Shown: in pieces, positions 42,554-52,109 of the stretch | Position numbering within the stretch: position 1 is the stretch's first letter | Layout of the letters: every line of letters begins with the position of its first letter | Assembly (NCBI GenBank): GCA_963558405.1 | Contig: CAUWGC010000007.1 | Span: 23,166-87,165 of the forward strand | Origin: an uncultured Clostridia bacterium | GTDB lineage: Bacteria; Bacillota; Clostridia; TANB77; CAG-508 | Length of the DNA stretch: 64,000 nucleotides | Direction: 5' to 3' | Position numbers and translations under genes: made by a program | Notes under the pieces: model-generated | The model's database searches: none | Seen by the model: the letters and a program-made list of their open reading frames with translations, nothing else | What the model was told of the DNA's origin: nothing

Positions 42554-43778
42554 AGGTGGGGCAGTAGAAACATTAGTTACACATATTATAAATGAAAATG
42601 AGAAAGAGAAAAAAGTAGTATTAGAGATATTTTCAATAGCGGATGAACTCACAGATAAAGATAAGAATAAATATAAATATACTAACATTCACTATATAAA
42701 AGTTCCGATAAATAAAAAGTTAGAGAAATTAAAAGGAAAATGGAATGCGTTTACTAGTGCTGTTTTTAAGAAAAATAACATAATAGAAAAATGTATTATT
42801 TATGGAGTTATTAAGATACTGAATATAAATTCTAAAATGTATTTAAAGAAAATTTTGAAATTTTTGAAAAATATGAAATATGACTATTTGATAATAGAAG
42901 GTGGAACTCTTAATGATTATCATATGACATTAAGAAATATACCATATGAAAAGAAAATAGCACATCTTCATTCTAGAATTAAGGCAAATAATATATTAGT
43001 ATCAGACTATAAATATTTTATTTCTGTAAGTGAATATGTAAAGAAAGAATTGATAAAAGATAAAAGGATAAAATCTCAACAAGTAAAGGTTTTAGAAAAT
43101 TGTGTTGATGCAGATGATTTTAATAAAAAAATTACCAAAGAAGAAAGAGTAGAAATTAGAAATAAATATGGAATAAAAGAAAATGATATAGTTTTAATTT
43201 ATTGTGGAAGGACAGTAAAAGAAAAAGGAATAAAAGAATTAATAGAAGCTTATAAAATGCTAAATAATAATGAAAATATAAAGCTTCTAATTGTAGGAAG
43301 TTCTCAATTTGGAAATAATGTAAAAACTAATTATGATAAAGAATTGCAAAATCTTTCAAAAGATATTAGTGAAAATATTATTTATACAGGATTTATTCAC
43401 AATAAAGAATTATATAAAATGTATCAGATTGCAGATATTTCAGTTGTTCCATCAATTTGTGAGGAAGCTTTTGGGTTGGTTATTGTTGAAGCTATGTATA
43501 ATAAATTGCCTATTATAACAACAAAATCAGGAGGAATTCCAGAAATAGTAAATAACAATTGCGCTTATATTTTAGATAAAAATGAAGAATTAGTGATTAA
43601 TATAAAAAATTCTATAGAGGATTTAATAGAAAATCCTCAAAAAAGAAATTTAATGGGAGAAAATGGGTATCAAATTGTTCAAAAATATAATACTAAGGAA
43701 TATTATAAAAATTTTATAAAAATAATTCAGGAGATAGAAAATGAAAATAGGAATAATAACATTTCAAAACGCTCATAA
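42498..43778 (+). CDS. GT4 glycosyltransferase
   Basis: PAVKGGAVE, GR...KG, EAFGLVIVEAM. Confidence 0.92.
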   Translation: MMKKIVMIVPNCLPIPAVKGGAVETLVTHIINENEKEKKVVLEIFSIADELTDKDKNKYKYTNIHYIKVPINKKLEKLKGKWNAFTSAVFKKNNIIEKCIIYGVIKILNINSKMYLKKILKFLKNMKYDYLIIEGGTLNDYHMTLRNIPYEKKIAHLHSRIKANNILVSDYKYFISVSEYVKKELIKDKRIKSQQVKVLENCVDADDFNKKITKEERVEIRNKYGIKENDIVLIYCGRTVKEKGIKELIEAYKMLNNNENIKLLIVGSSQFGNNVKTNYDKELQNLSKDISENIIYTGFIHNKELYKMYQIADISVVPSICEEAFGLVIVEAMYNKLPIITTKSGGIPEIVNNNCAYILDKNEELVINIKNSIEDLIENPQKRNLMGENGYQIVQKYNTKEYYKNFIKIIQEIENENRNNNISKRS

Positions 43779-44850
43779 TTGGGGAGCAATATTACAAGCA
43801 TTAGCATTAAAAACTTTTTTACAAAAAAAAGGATATACAGTTCAAATTATTAATTATATAAATCCAATAATACAAAGTAATTATTTAAGAAAAGAAAAAG
43901 TAAAATTAAATTATAATGGACTAAAGTCAATTTTAAAATATGTATATCATAAAGTACAAAATGTATATCAGGCAAAACAATTAGCTGAAAAATGGGATTC
44001 ATTTAATGACTTTATTATAAGCTCTATCTTAGATAATAATATTACTATATATACCAAAGAAAAGATTGAAGAGGAAAACTTTGATATTATCATATATGGA
44101 AGTGATCAGATATGGAACCCAGAATTAACAGGGGGATTAGATGATGCTTATTTAGGAGTACAAAATAAAAAAGCTAAAAAAATATCTTATGCAGCAAGTA
44201 TGGGATTAGATTGTCTTTCAAAAGAAGATGAAAATTCTTTTAAAAAATATTTAACTAATTTTAACAATATATCAGTAAGGGAAGAAAAATTAAAAAAATA
44301 TATTGAAAAAATAACTGATAGAGAAGCAAAGGTGGTTGTGGATCCAACTTTATTATTAGAAAGAGAAGATTACTTAAAAATAGCAAAAAGTACACCAAGA
44401 AAAAAGTATTTATTAGTATATGAAATATCTAGAGATAAAAAATTGATAAATATAGCAAAGAGAATAGCAAAAGAAAAAAAATTAGAAATAGTTTGTTTAG
44501 AATACAAAAAAGATATAAGAAGATTTATATATAAACAAGTAGCTAATGTTGGACCAGCAGAATTTATAGGATTAATAAATAATGCAGAGTTTATAGTTAC
44601 TAATTCTTTTCACGGTACAGTTTTTTCTGTGATATTAGAAAAAGAATTTTATACAATTCCTATAAATAAAGTAAATTCTCGTATAGATAATTTTCTAAAG
44701 ATAACAAAACTAGAAAATAGAATAATAACAAAATTAGAACAAGTAAATTTGAAAGATAATATTGACTTTCTACAAGCAAAACAAGGTATAAATAAATATA
44801 GAAAAGAATCAATGTTGTTTTTAAAAGATTCTATAGAAGGAGAAAAATAA
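43741..44850 (+). CDS. polysaccharide pyruvyltransferase family protein (copy 2)
   Basis: NWGAILQ, GSDQIWN, SYAAS, SVRE, DPT, NSFHG. Confidence 0.9.
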   Translation: MKIGIITFQNAHNWGAILQALALKTFLQKKGYTVQIINYINPIIQSNYLRKEKVKLNYNGLKSILKYVYHKVQNVYQAKQLAEKWDSFNDFIISSILDNNITIYTKEKIEEENFDIIIYGSDQIWNPELTGGLDDAYLGVQNKKAKKISYAASMGLDCLSKEDENSFKKYLTNFNNISVREEKLKKYIEKITDREAKVVVDPTLLLEREDYLKIAKSTPRKKYLLVYEISRDKKLINIAKRIAKEKKLEIVCLEYKKDIRRFIYKQVANVGPAEFIGLINNAEFIVTNSFHGTVFSVILEKEFYTIPINKVNSRIDNFLKITKLENRIITKLEQVNLKDNIDFLQAKQGINKYRKESMLFLKDSIEGEK

Positions 44851-44851
44851 A

Positions 44852-46015
44852 ATGTATTTAGATACACAAAAAAAATCAGAATGTTTTGGTTGTATGGCAT
44901 GTTTAAATATTTGTCCAGTTAATGCAATTACTATGAAAGAAGATGAAGAAGGATTTTACTATCCGATAGTTGATAAAAAGAAGTGTATAAATTGTAATTT
45001 ATGTATGAATGTATGTCCATATATGAAAAAAGAAAAGACGGAGGATAAAGAAAAGCTCATATATGGGGTAAAGTTAAAAGATACAGAAGAAAGAAAAGAA
45101 TCTCAATCAGGGGGAGCTTTTTCAGCTATTGCAAAAGATATATTACAAAAAAATGGAATAGTATATGGAGTTGCATCGCAAAAAAATGAAATTATGCATA
45201 TACGTATTGATGCAATTGAACAATTAAAATTATTAAAAGGTTCCAAATATACGCAAAGTAGTATGAATAATATTTATAAAAAGATAGAAGAAGATTTGAA
45301 GAAAAACAAATTGGTATTATTTAGTGGAACATCTTGTCAAGTAAGTGGGGTACAAAATTATTTAAAAAGTAAAAAAGTAAACACAAATAATTTCTTTTCT
45401 TGCGATTTAATATGTCATGGTGTTCCAACTCCTAAAATATATAATAGTTATATAAATTTTTGGGAAAAGAAAAATAAATCTAAAATAATAGAATTTAATT
45501 TTAGAGATAAGCATTATGGATGGCACAATCATATCGAAACAATATATTGGAGTAGTGGAAAGAAAAAAAGTTGTAATTATTATAGAAATTTATTTTATAC
45601 AAACTATTTTTTGCGTCCAGCATGTTATAAATGTCAATTTTCGAATACAAATAGAATATCAGATTTTTCAATAGGTGATTTTTGGGGAATAGAAAAAGCC
45701 AATTTTTCTTTTGGTGATGAAACTGGAGTTTCTGTAATATTTGTAAATACTGAAAAAGCAAAGAAATTATTTGAAAATATATCAAACGATATATTTTATT
45801 TTAAAACAACGTATAATGAATGTAATCAGCCAAATTTACAACAGCCTACAAGAGAACCTATAGGTAGAATTCAAGCTTGGAAAGATTATAATAATTTAGA
45901 ATTTAAAAAATTCTTAAAAAAATATGGACAGTATACTATAATAAATAGAATAAGGATCAATTCTTATTGTTATTTAAAAAAAATAAAAAATAATATTAAA
46001 TATAAGAAAAAATAA
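44852..46015 (+). CDS. ferredoxin + FrhB/FdhB-like protein (copy 2)
   Basis: Two CxxCxxCxxxCP motifs; SQSGG, GSKY, CQ, CHG, CYKC, GDFWG. Confidence 0.88.
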   Translation: MYLDTQKKSECFGCMACLNICPVNAITMKEDEEGFYYPIVDKKKCINCNLCMNVCPYMKKEKTEDKEKLIYGVKLKDTEERKESQSGGAFSAIAKDILQKNGIVYGVASQKNEIMHIRIDAIEQLKLLKGSKYTQSSMNNIYKKIEEDLKKNKLVLFSGTSCQVSGVQNYLKSKKVNTNNFFSCDLICHGVPTPKIYNSYINFWEKKNKSKIIEFNFRDKHYGWHNHIETIYWSSGKKKSCNYYRNLFYTNYFLRPACYKCQFSNTNRISDFSIGDFWGIEKANFSFGDETGVSVIFVNTEKAKKLFENISNDIFYFKTTYNECNQPNLQQPTREPIGRIQAWKDYNNLEFKKFLKKYGQYTIINRIRINSYCYLKKIKNNIKYKKK

Positions 46016-46050
46016 AATTATAATATAATACCAAATAAAATGAGGGAAAA

Positions 46051-47609
46051 ATGGTAAAAGAATTACTAAGTAAATTTAGAAAATGTGATGTATATTACAT
46101 AATAAATAAATTAACTAAAAATATAAAAAAAGAGTGGAAGATTGCTTTTGTCTCTACTATTATAATAGGATTAATAGCTCATCTATTTGTAATGGTTAAC
46201 ATTATACCAAACCACGATGGAATATTTAATATATATGCAAATCAAAATTGTATTAATTTAGGGAGATTTTTTCTACAATATGCCTGTGGTTTAACTTCTT
46301 ATTATACATTGCCTTGGATTATAGGAATATTTTCTTTAGTGACTATTGCTATTACATCTATAATGATTATAGAGTTATTTAATATAAGAAGAAAATTAAA
46401 CATTATTTTGATATCTGGATTCTTGGTAACATATCCAACGGTGGCTTCTACATTTGCATATGTTTATACAATGGATGGATATATGTTATCACTAATGTTT
46501 GCAACTTTATCAGTAGTATTAGCATATAAATATAAATATGGTTTCATAATAGGCTCAATTTTTATTTGCATAAGTTTGGGGATTTACCAAGCTTATGTTT
46601 CTGTAGCAATATTATTATGTATTTTAAAAATAATGATTTCTATTATTGATAAACATCCTAAAAAAGAAATTTTAATCGAAATTGCAAAAGATTTAATAAT
46701 GTTATTAATTGGTTTTATATCTTATTATATTATTTTAAAAATCATGTTAAATATAGAAAAGGTTACTTTATCAACATACCAAGGTGTAAATTCATTAAAT
46801 AACATTTCTTTGATAAATATATATTATGGAATTAAACATGCAATTAAAGATTTTATACAATATCCAATTAGAATGAATTTTTATAAAAGTAATGTAATAG
46901 TTTTAACATCAAATTTATTAATTGCCATATTTTTAGTATATATGTATATAAAAGAATTTATAGAAAAAAATTATATAAAGAATGGTTTTACTTATTTATA
47001 TTGGTAATATTAATTTTTTCTATTCCAATAGGAGTTAATATATCGTATTTAGTTTCTAATGGAACTACATACCATTTACTTATGAGATATTCATGGGCAT
47101 TGTTTTATGTTGCACTGATTGTACTAATAGAAAGAAAAAATAGATTAAAGAATCATACATATTTTATTTTAATATTTGTTTCAATGATTTGTATAATATT
47201 TAATAATATTATTGTTAGTAACATTGCGTATTTCAATTTATATTATAAATTTGAAAAATCATATGCTTTAGCGTTAAAAATAAGTGAAAGAATAAAGGAA
47301 TTCGAAGGATATAATGTTAATGTTCCGGTTTATATTTCTGGAACATTAGATAAATCAAAATATCCATTAACAAATAAAACTTCAAGAATAACAAACGAAA
47401 TTACAGGAACAGATGGTGATTACATATTATTTTCAACAGAACATTATGTTTATTTTTTTGAATATTATTTTGGAATTCCTATAAAAATTCCAACGAAAGA
47501 ACAAATAACTGATATAGAACTAACAAATGAATTTAAAGAAATGAGAACATGGCCAGACAAAAAATCAATTAATATAATAAATGGAATTTTAGTAGTAAAG
47601 CTTTCTTAA
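46051..47609 (+). pseudogene. GtrII-like (Glucos_trans_II) membrane glycosyltransferase, frameshifted at an A7 tract
   Basis: NHDG, LGRF, YQAY motifs; adding one A at 46964-46970 joins ORFs 46051-47007 and 47001-47609. Confidence 0.75.
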
Positions 47610-47748
47610 AATAGATATTCTAAAACTGGAGTTCTTATAAATATTTAAAATAAATAATAAGATAAAGTTGAAAAAAATAAAATTATAGTATATAGTAATA
47701 AAAAATATCTATGCCATAATGTTATTATAATAAATTCAAGGAGAAAAA

Positions 47749-48219
47749 ATGAAAAAAGTATTATTCATATCCAGTACAGGAGGACACTTTAACGAATTAA
47801 TGCAGTTAAAGCCATTGTTTGCAGAATACGACTATCATATTATTACAGAAAAAACAAAGACTAATGAGAATTTAAAACAAAAATATAAAGAAAAAATAAA
47901 TTTCTTGTGGTATGGAACAAAGAAAAATTTATTTACTTATTTTTTTAAATTTTTAGGAAATACTTGCAAAAGTTTATATTATTATATTAAAATAAGACCT
48001 AAAGTAGTTATAACAACAGGAACACATACTGCTGTCCCAATGTGCTATATTGCAAGGCTATTTGGAAGTAAAGTAATATATATAGAAACTTTTGCAAATC
48101 GTACAACACCTACAGTAGCAGGAAGATTGATTTATCCTGTAGCTAATACCTTTATTGTACAGTGGGAAAATATGTTGCAATTTTATCCTAAAGCTATTTG
48201 TTGGGGGTGGATATATTAA
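47749..48219 (+). CDS. Alg14/CpsF-like glycosyltransferase subunit
   Basis: SSTGGH, PKVVITTG, YIETFA, FIVQW. Confidence 0.9.
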   Translation: MKKVLFISSTGGHFNELMQLKPLFAEYDYHIITEKTKTNENLKQKYKEKINFLWYGTKKNLFTYFFKFLGNTCKSLYYYIKIRPKVVITTGTHTAVPMCYIARLFGSKVIYIETFANRTTPTVAGRLIYPVANTFIVQWENMLQFYPKAICWGWIY

Positions 48220-48701
48220 TGATATTAGTTACTCTTGGAACTCAAGACAAACCTTTTGCAAGATTACTAGAAGCAGTAGAAAAACAAATTAATTTAGGAC
48301 ATATAAAAGATGAAGTTATTGTTCAAGCTGGAAGCACAAAATTTAAATCAGATAAGATGAAGATATTTGATTATTTAGCTATAGATGAATTTAACAAATT
48401 AATGAACGATGCAGATATAATAATAACACATGGTGGAGTAGGAACAATTATTGCTGGATTAAAAAATAATAAAAAAGTAATTGTAGCAGCAAGACTACAA
48501 AAATACGGAGAACATACAAATGACCATCAGCTTCAAATTTTAGATAATTTTGGACAAGAAGGATATATTTTACCATTAGAGAATTTTGAAGAATTAGATA
48601 AAGTTATAGAAAAAGCTAAAAATTTTAAGCCAAAAGAATTTAAAAGCAATACATCAGAGTTTGTTTTTAATTTAAAAAAAGAGATAGAAAAATACACATA
48701 A
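48219..48701 (+). CDS. Alg13/CpsG-like glycosyltransferase subunit (GT28 C-terminal type)
   Basis: ILVTLGT, F.RL, ITHGGVG, EHTNDHQ. Confidence 0.9.
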   Translation: MILVTLGTQDKPFARLLEAVEKQINLGHIKDEVIVQAGSTKFKSDKMKIFDYLAIDEFNKLMNDADIIITHGGVGTIIAGLKNNKKVIVAARLQKYGEHTNDHQLQILDNFGQEGYILPLENFEELDKVIEKAKNFKPKEFKSNTSEFVFNLKKEIEKYT

Positions 48702-48719
48702 GAAAAGAGAGGGAAAATT

Positions 48720-49382
48720 ATGGAAGAAATGGAATTTAAAAATGTATTAAGAAATATTTGGAATAATAAATTAATAATTTTATTAATAATATGTATTAGT
48801 ATTATAATTGGATGGTGTTATTCGTATATTATACTTGAACCGATATATCAAACTAGTACAACATTGTTATTAGAACAAAAGAAAGTTAATGATGATTCAG
48901 TTTCTACATATAGTTCATTAATAAAAACAAAAGATGTATTAAACCAAATAATCCAAAATTCTGGAATTAAAATTACACAAGAAGAACTAAAAAGTAGTAT
49001 ATCTATTAAATCAGTTTCTGGAACAGAATTAATAAGAATTACTGTAGAAAATAATAACCCAGAAAATGCGTCTATATTAGCAAACGAAGCCGCAAATGTA
49101 TTTAAGGAAAAAATTGCAAAAGAGATATATAATCTTGAAAATATTCATATCGTTGAAAAAGCTGAAATAAATAATGAACCATATAATATAAATCATAAGA
49201 AAGATTTAGTTATGGCGTTCTTTATTGGAATTTTATTGGCTAGTGCATATATTTTTATTATTACAATATTGGATACAACAATAAAATCATCAGAAGAAGT
49301 AGAAGCTGAGACAGAATTAATTGTACTAGGAACAATTCCAGAAATAGTAACAGAAGAAAAAGGAGGAAAAAGATATGAATAG
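48720..49382 (+). CDS. Wzz/CpsC-type chain-length regulator
   Basis: Two TMs, PIYQTST, LDTTIKS.EEVE...LG.IP. Confidence 0.85.
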   Translation: MEEMEFKNVLRNIWNNKLIILLIICISIIIGWCYSYIILEPIYQTSTTLLLEQKKVNDDSVSTYSSLIKTKDVLNQIIQNSGIKITQEELKSSISIKSVSGTELIRITVENNNPENASILANEAANVFKEKIAKEIYNLENIHIVEKAEINNEPYNINHKKDLVMAFFIGILLASAYIFIITILDTTIKSSEEVEAETELIVLGTIPEIVTEEKGGKRYE

Positions 49383-50157
49383 AGAATTAATTACATTTGA
49401 AAATACAAAGTCACCTGTTTCAGAAGCTTTTAAAGTATTGAGAACTAATATACAATTCATGACATCAAATAAAAATATCAAAACTATATTAATAACTAGT
49501 TGCACGTCAGGAGATGGAAAAAGTCTTATATCTTCTAATTTAGCAGTTGCATTTGCACAAGCTGGAAAAAAGGTTCTTATTATAGATGCTAATTTACGTA
49601 AAGGAAGACTATATAATATTTTCCAAATAAAAGCAACACCTGGTTTATCAAATTATTTATCTGGCATTAATTCCACAGGAGATGAAAGTGAAACAGATAT
49701 TATAAAGTATGTACAAGAAACAAAGATAGAAAATCTTTTTGTAATACCAGCTGGTGATATTCCACCTAACCCTTCAGAACTGCTAATATCAGATAAAATG
49801 CAAAAAATGATACAAATTTTAAAAGAGTCATTTGATATTATAATTTTTAATGGAACACCAAGCGAAACAATAGCTGATTCTGTAATTATTTCTACTCTTG
49901 TAGATTCAACAATATTAGTTGCATCTTATAAGAAAACAAAAATGGATACATTAAAAAAGGTACAAAAAAATATTCAAAATGTTGGTGGTAATATTGCAGG
50001 AGTAATTATAAATAGATATCCAAATTCATTTAAGAAATATGAAAAACAATATTATAATCTTAATACGCCAATTAAAATAAAAAATAAGCAAGAAAAAAAT
50101 TTTATAGAAAAAGAAGATAAAAAAAGTGAATATGAGAGAGAAAAAACAGTTATATAA
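49375..50157 (+). CDS. CpsD/CapB-family BY-kinase homolog (probable pseudokinase)
   Basis: SEAFKVLRTN, GDGKS, PPNPSELL; DAN and NGTP replace DxD and DTPP. Confidence 0.85.
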   Translation: MNRELITFENTKSPVSEAFKVLRTNIQFMTSNKNIKTILITSCTSGDGKSLISSNLAVAFAQAGKKVLIIDANLRKGRLYNIFQIKATPGLSNYLSGINSTGDESETDIIKYVQETKIENLFVIPAGDIPPNPSELLISDKMQKMIQILKESFDIIIFNGTPSETIADSVIISTLVDSTILVASYKKTKMDTLKKVQKNIQNVGGNIAGVIINRYPNSFKKYEKQYYNLNTPIKIKNKQEKNFIEKEDKKSEYEREKTVI

Positions 50158-50169
50158 ATAAAAAGTGAA

Positions 50170-50201
50170 AATAGGATATATTATTATTAATATATCCTAT
50201 T
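50170..50201 (+). terminator. hairpin ending the polysaccharide locus
   Basis: AATAGGATATATTA/TAATATATCCTATT. Confidence 0.55.
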
Positions 50202-50307
50202 ATTACGAGATTTTTATCATAATAAGAAAAAAGAGTTAAAATTTTTGTTGCAAAAAATAGAATTTATATATATAATGTACTAGAATAAAATTTAGGGAGG
50301 TCTAAAT

Positions 50308-51672
50308 ATGAGAAAGTATTTTGGAACAGATGGAATTAGAAGAATAGCAAATACTGAGCTTTCTCCAGAATTAGTATATAAAGTAGCAAAAGCAGGAGCC
50401 TATGTTTTATCTAAACATACTAATCATGCTCCAACTATTTTAATTGGTAGAGATACAAGAATTTCTGGTAGTTTAATAGAAAGTGCAATGACAGCTGGAT
50501 TTTTAAGTTATGGAGCAAATGTTATTTCATTAGGAGTAATACCAACACCAGCAGTAGCGTATTTAACAAAAAAATTAAATGCAGATGCAAGCGTTGTAAT
50601 ATCAGCTTCTCATAATACTTATGAATTTAATGGAGTAAAATATTTTAGTAATAAAGGAATGAAAATACCAGATGAAATAGAAGAAGAAATAGAAGAAGTA
50701 ATGGATTCTGGAAAAATTGATGAGTTAACAGCAGTAAACGATAAAATTGGAGTTTGTGAAGTTAGACAAGATTTATTAGATGAATATGTATATTTCTTTA
50801 GAAAGAACTTTGATGAAGCTATAGAAAAAAATAATACTTCTGATTTTAAAGTTGTAATTGATACAGCTAATGGTGCTACATCAGTTGTAGCTGAAAAAGT
50901 ATATAAAACATTAGGAATTAATTATACTATAATAAATAATAATCCAAATGGGGTAAATATTAATAAGGATTGCGGTTCTACACATTTAGAAGGATTAAAA
51001 AAATATGTAAAAGAAAATCATATGAGCCTAGGAATTGCTTATGATGGTGATGGAGATCGTTGTCTTTTAGTTGATGAAAATGGAAATGAAATAGATGGTG
51101 ATAAAATTATAGCAGTTATTTCTAATTATTTACAAAAACAAGGAAAGTTAAAAAATGATACTGTTGTTGCAACTGTAATGAGCAATTTAGGATTAAAAAA
51201 ATATGCAGAGAACAACAAATTAAATTATAAACAAACAAAAGTTGGAGATAGATATGTATTGGAGGAAATGCTAAAAAATGGGTATAATCTAGGTGGAGAA
51301 CAATCTGGTCATATTATATTTTTAGATTATAATCCTACAGGAGATGGAATTTTAACTTCTTTAATGTTTATAAAAGTATTATTAGAGGAAAAATTAACTG
51401 CATCTGAAGCTTCTAAAATAGTAACAATATTTCCTCAAGTATTAATAAATGCAAAGGTTTCTAGTGATAAAAAATATGATTTTGATAAAGATGAAAAAAT
51501 TGTATCAGAAATAGAAAAACTAGAAAAAGAATTTTCTGGAAATGGAAGAGTTTTGATAAGAGCATCAGGAACAGAACCTTTAGTTAGAGTTATGATTGAA
51601 GGAGAAGATAAAGAAAAAATTCAAAAAGAAGCAGAAAAATTAGCAAACTTAATCGAGGAAAGACTTAAATAA
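50308..51672 (+). CDS. glmM: phosphoglucosamine mutase
   Basis: FGTDG, SASHN, DGDGDR, GEQSGH, SGTEP. Confidence 0.95.
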   Translation: MRKYFGTDGIRRIANTELSPELVYKVAKAGAYVLSKHTNHAPTILIGRDTRISGSLIESAMTAGFLSYGANVISLGVIPTPAVAYLTKKLNADASVVISASHNTYEFNGVKYFSNKGMKIPDEIEEEIEEVMDSGKIDELTAVNDKIGVCEVRQDLLDEYVYFFRKNFDEAIEKNNTSDFKVVIDTANGATSVVAEKVYKTLGINYTIINNNPNGVNINKDCGSTHLEGLKKYVKENHMSLGIAYDGDGDRCLLVDENGNEIDGDKIIAVISNYLQKQGKLKNDTVVATVMSNLGLKKYAENNKLNYKQTKVGDRYVLEEMLKNGYNLGGEQSGHIIFLDYNPTGDGILTSLMFIKVLLEEKLTASEASKIVTIFPQVLINAKVSSDKKYDFDKDEKIVSEIEKLEKEFSGNGRVLIRASGTEPLVRVMIEGEDKEKIQKEAEKLANLIEERLK

Positions 51673-51748
51673 AATTGTTTACTATTGTATATTATTTTAA
51701 AATTATAAGTTAATATACATAAGATAAAATATATTAGGAGGTTTTTTT

Positions 51749-52078
51749 ATGATATTAAACATTTCACAACCATTTACACTACTTTTAGTTTTAGCAGCAA
51801 CTGTATTATTACTTTTTTTAGGAAGGGAAATTAAAAAAAGCTATATTGTAGCTATACCATTGGGAGCATTTTTAATCTTATTAATATTACATGCAATAAA
51901 TTTAATAACAACATCATCTAGTGATATTATTTATGTTGTATCAAGATGCATTGCTTTAGATTTTGCTTTCATTTTTGTTACTTTCCTAGGATATTTATGG
52001 GTAGATGCAATTGAGGCAAAAGAAGAAAAAAAGAAAAGTATTGATAATAGTTTAGATTGGTTTTGGAGCAAGGTATAA
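51749..52078 (+). CDS. hypothetical membrane protein (about 3 TMs)
   Basis: AGGAGG RBS, hydrophobic segments. Confidence 0.7.
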   Translation: MILNISQPFTLLLVLAATVLLLFLGREIKKSYIVAIPLGAFLILLILHAINLITTSSSDIIYVVSRCIALDFAFIFVTFLGYLWVDAIEAKEEKKKSIDNSLDWFWSKV

Positions 52079-52109
52079 CAATTATTATGCTTCAAAAAGG
52101 AGGGACATA

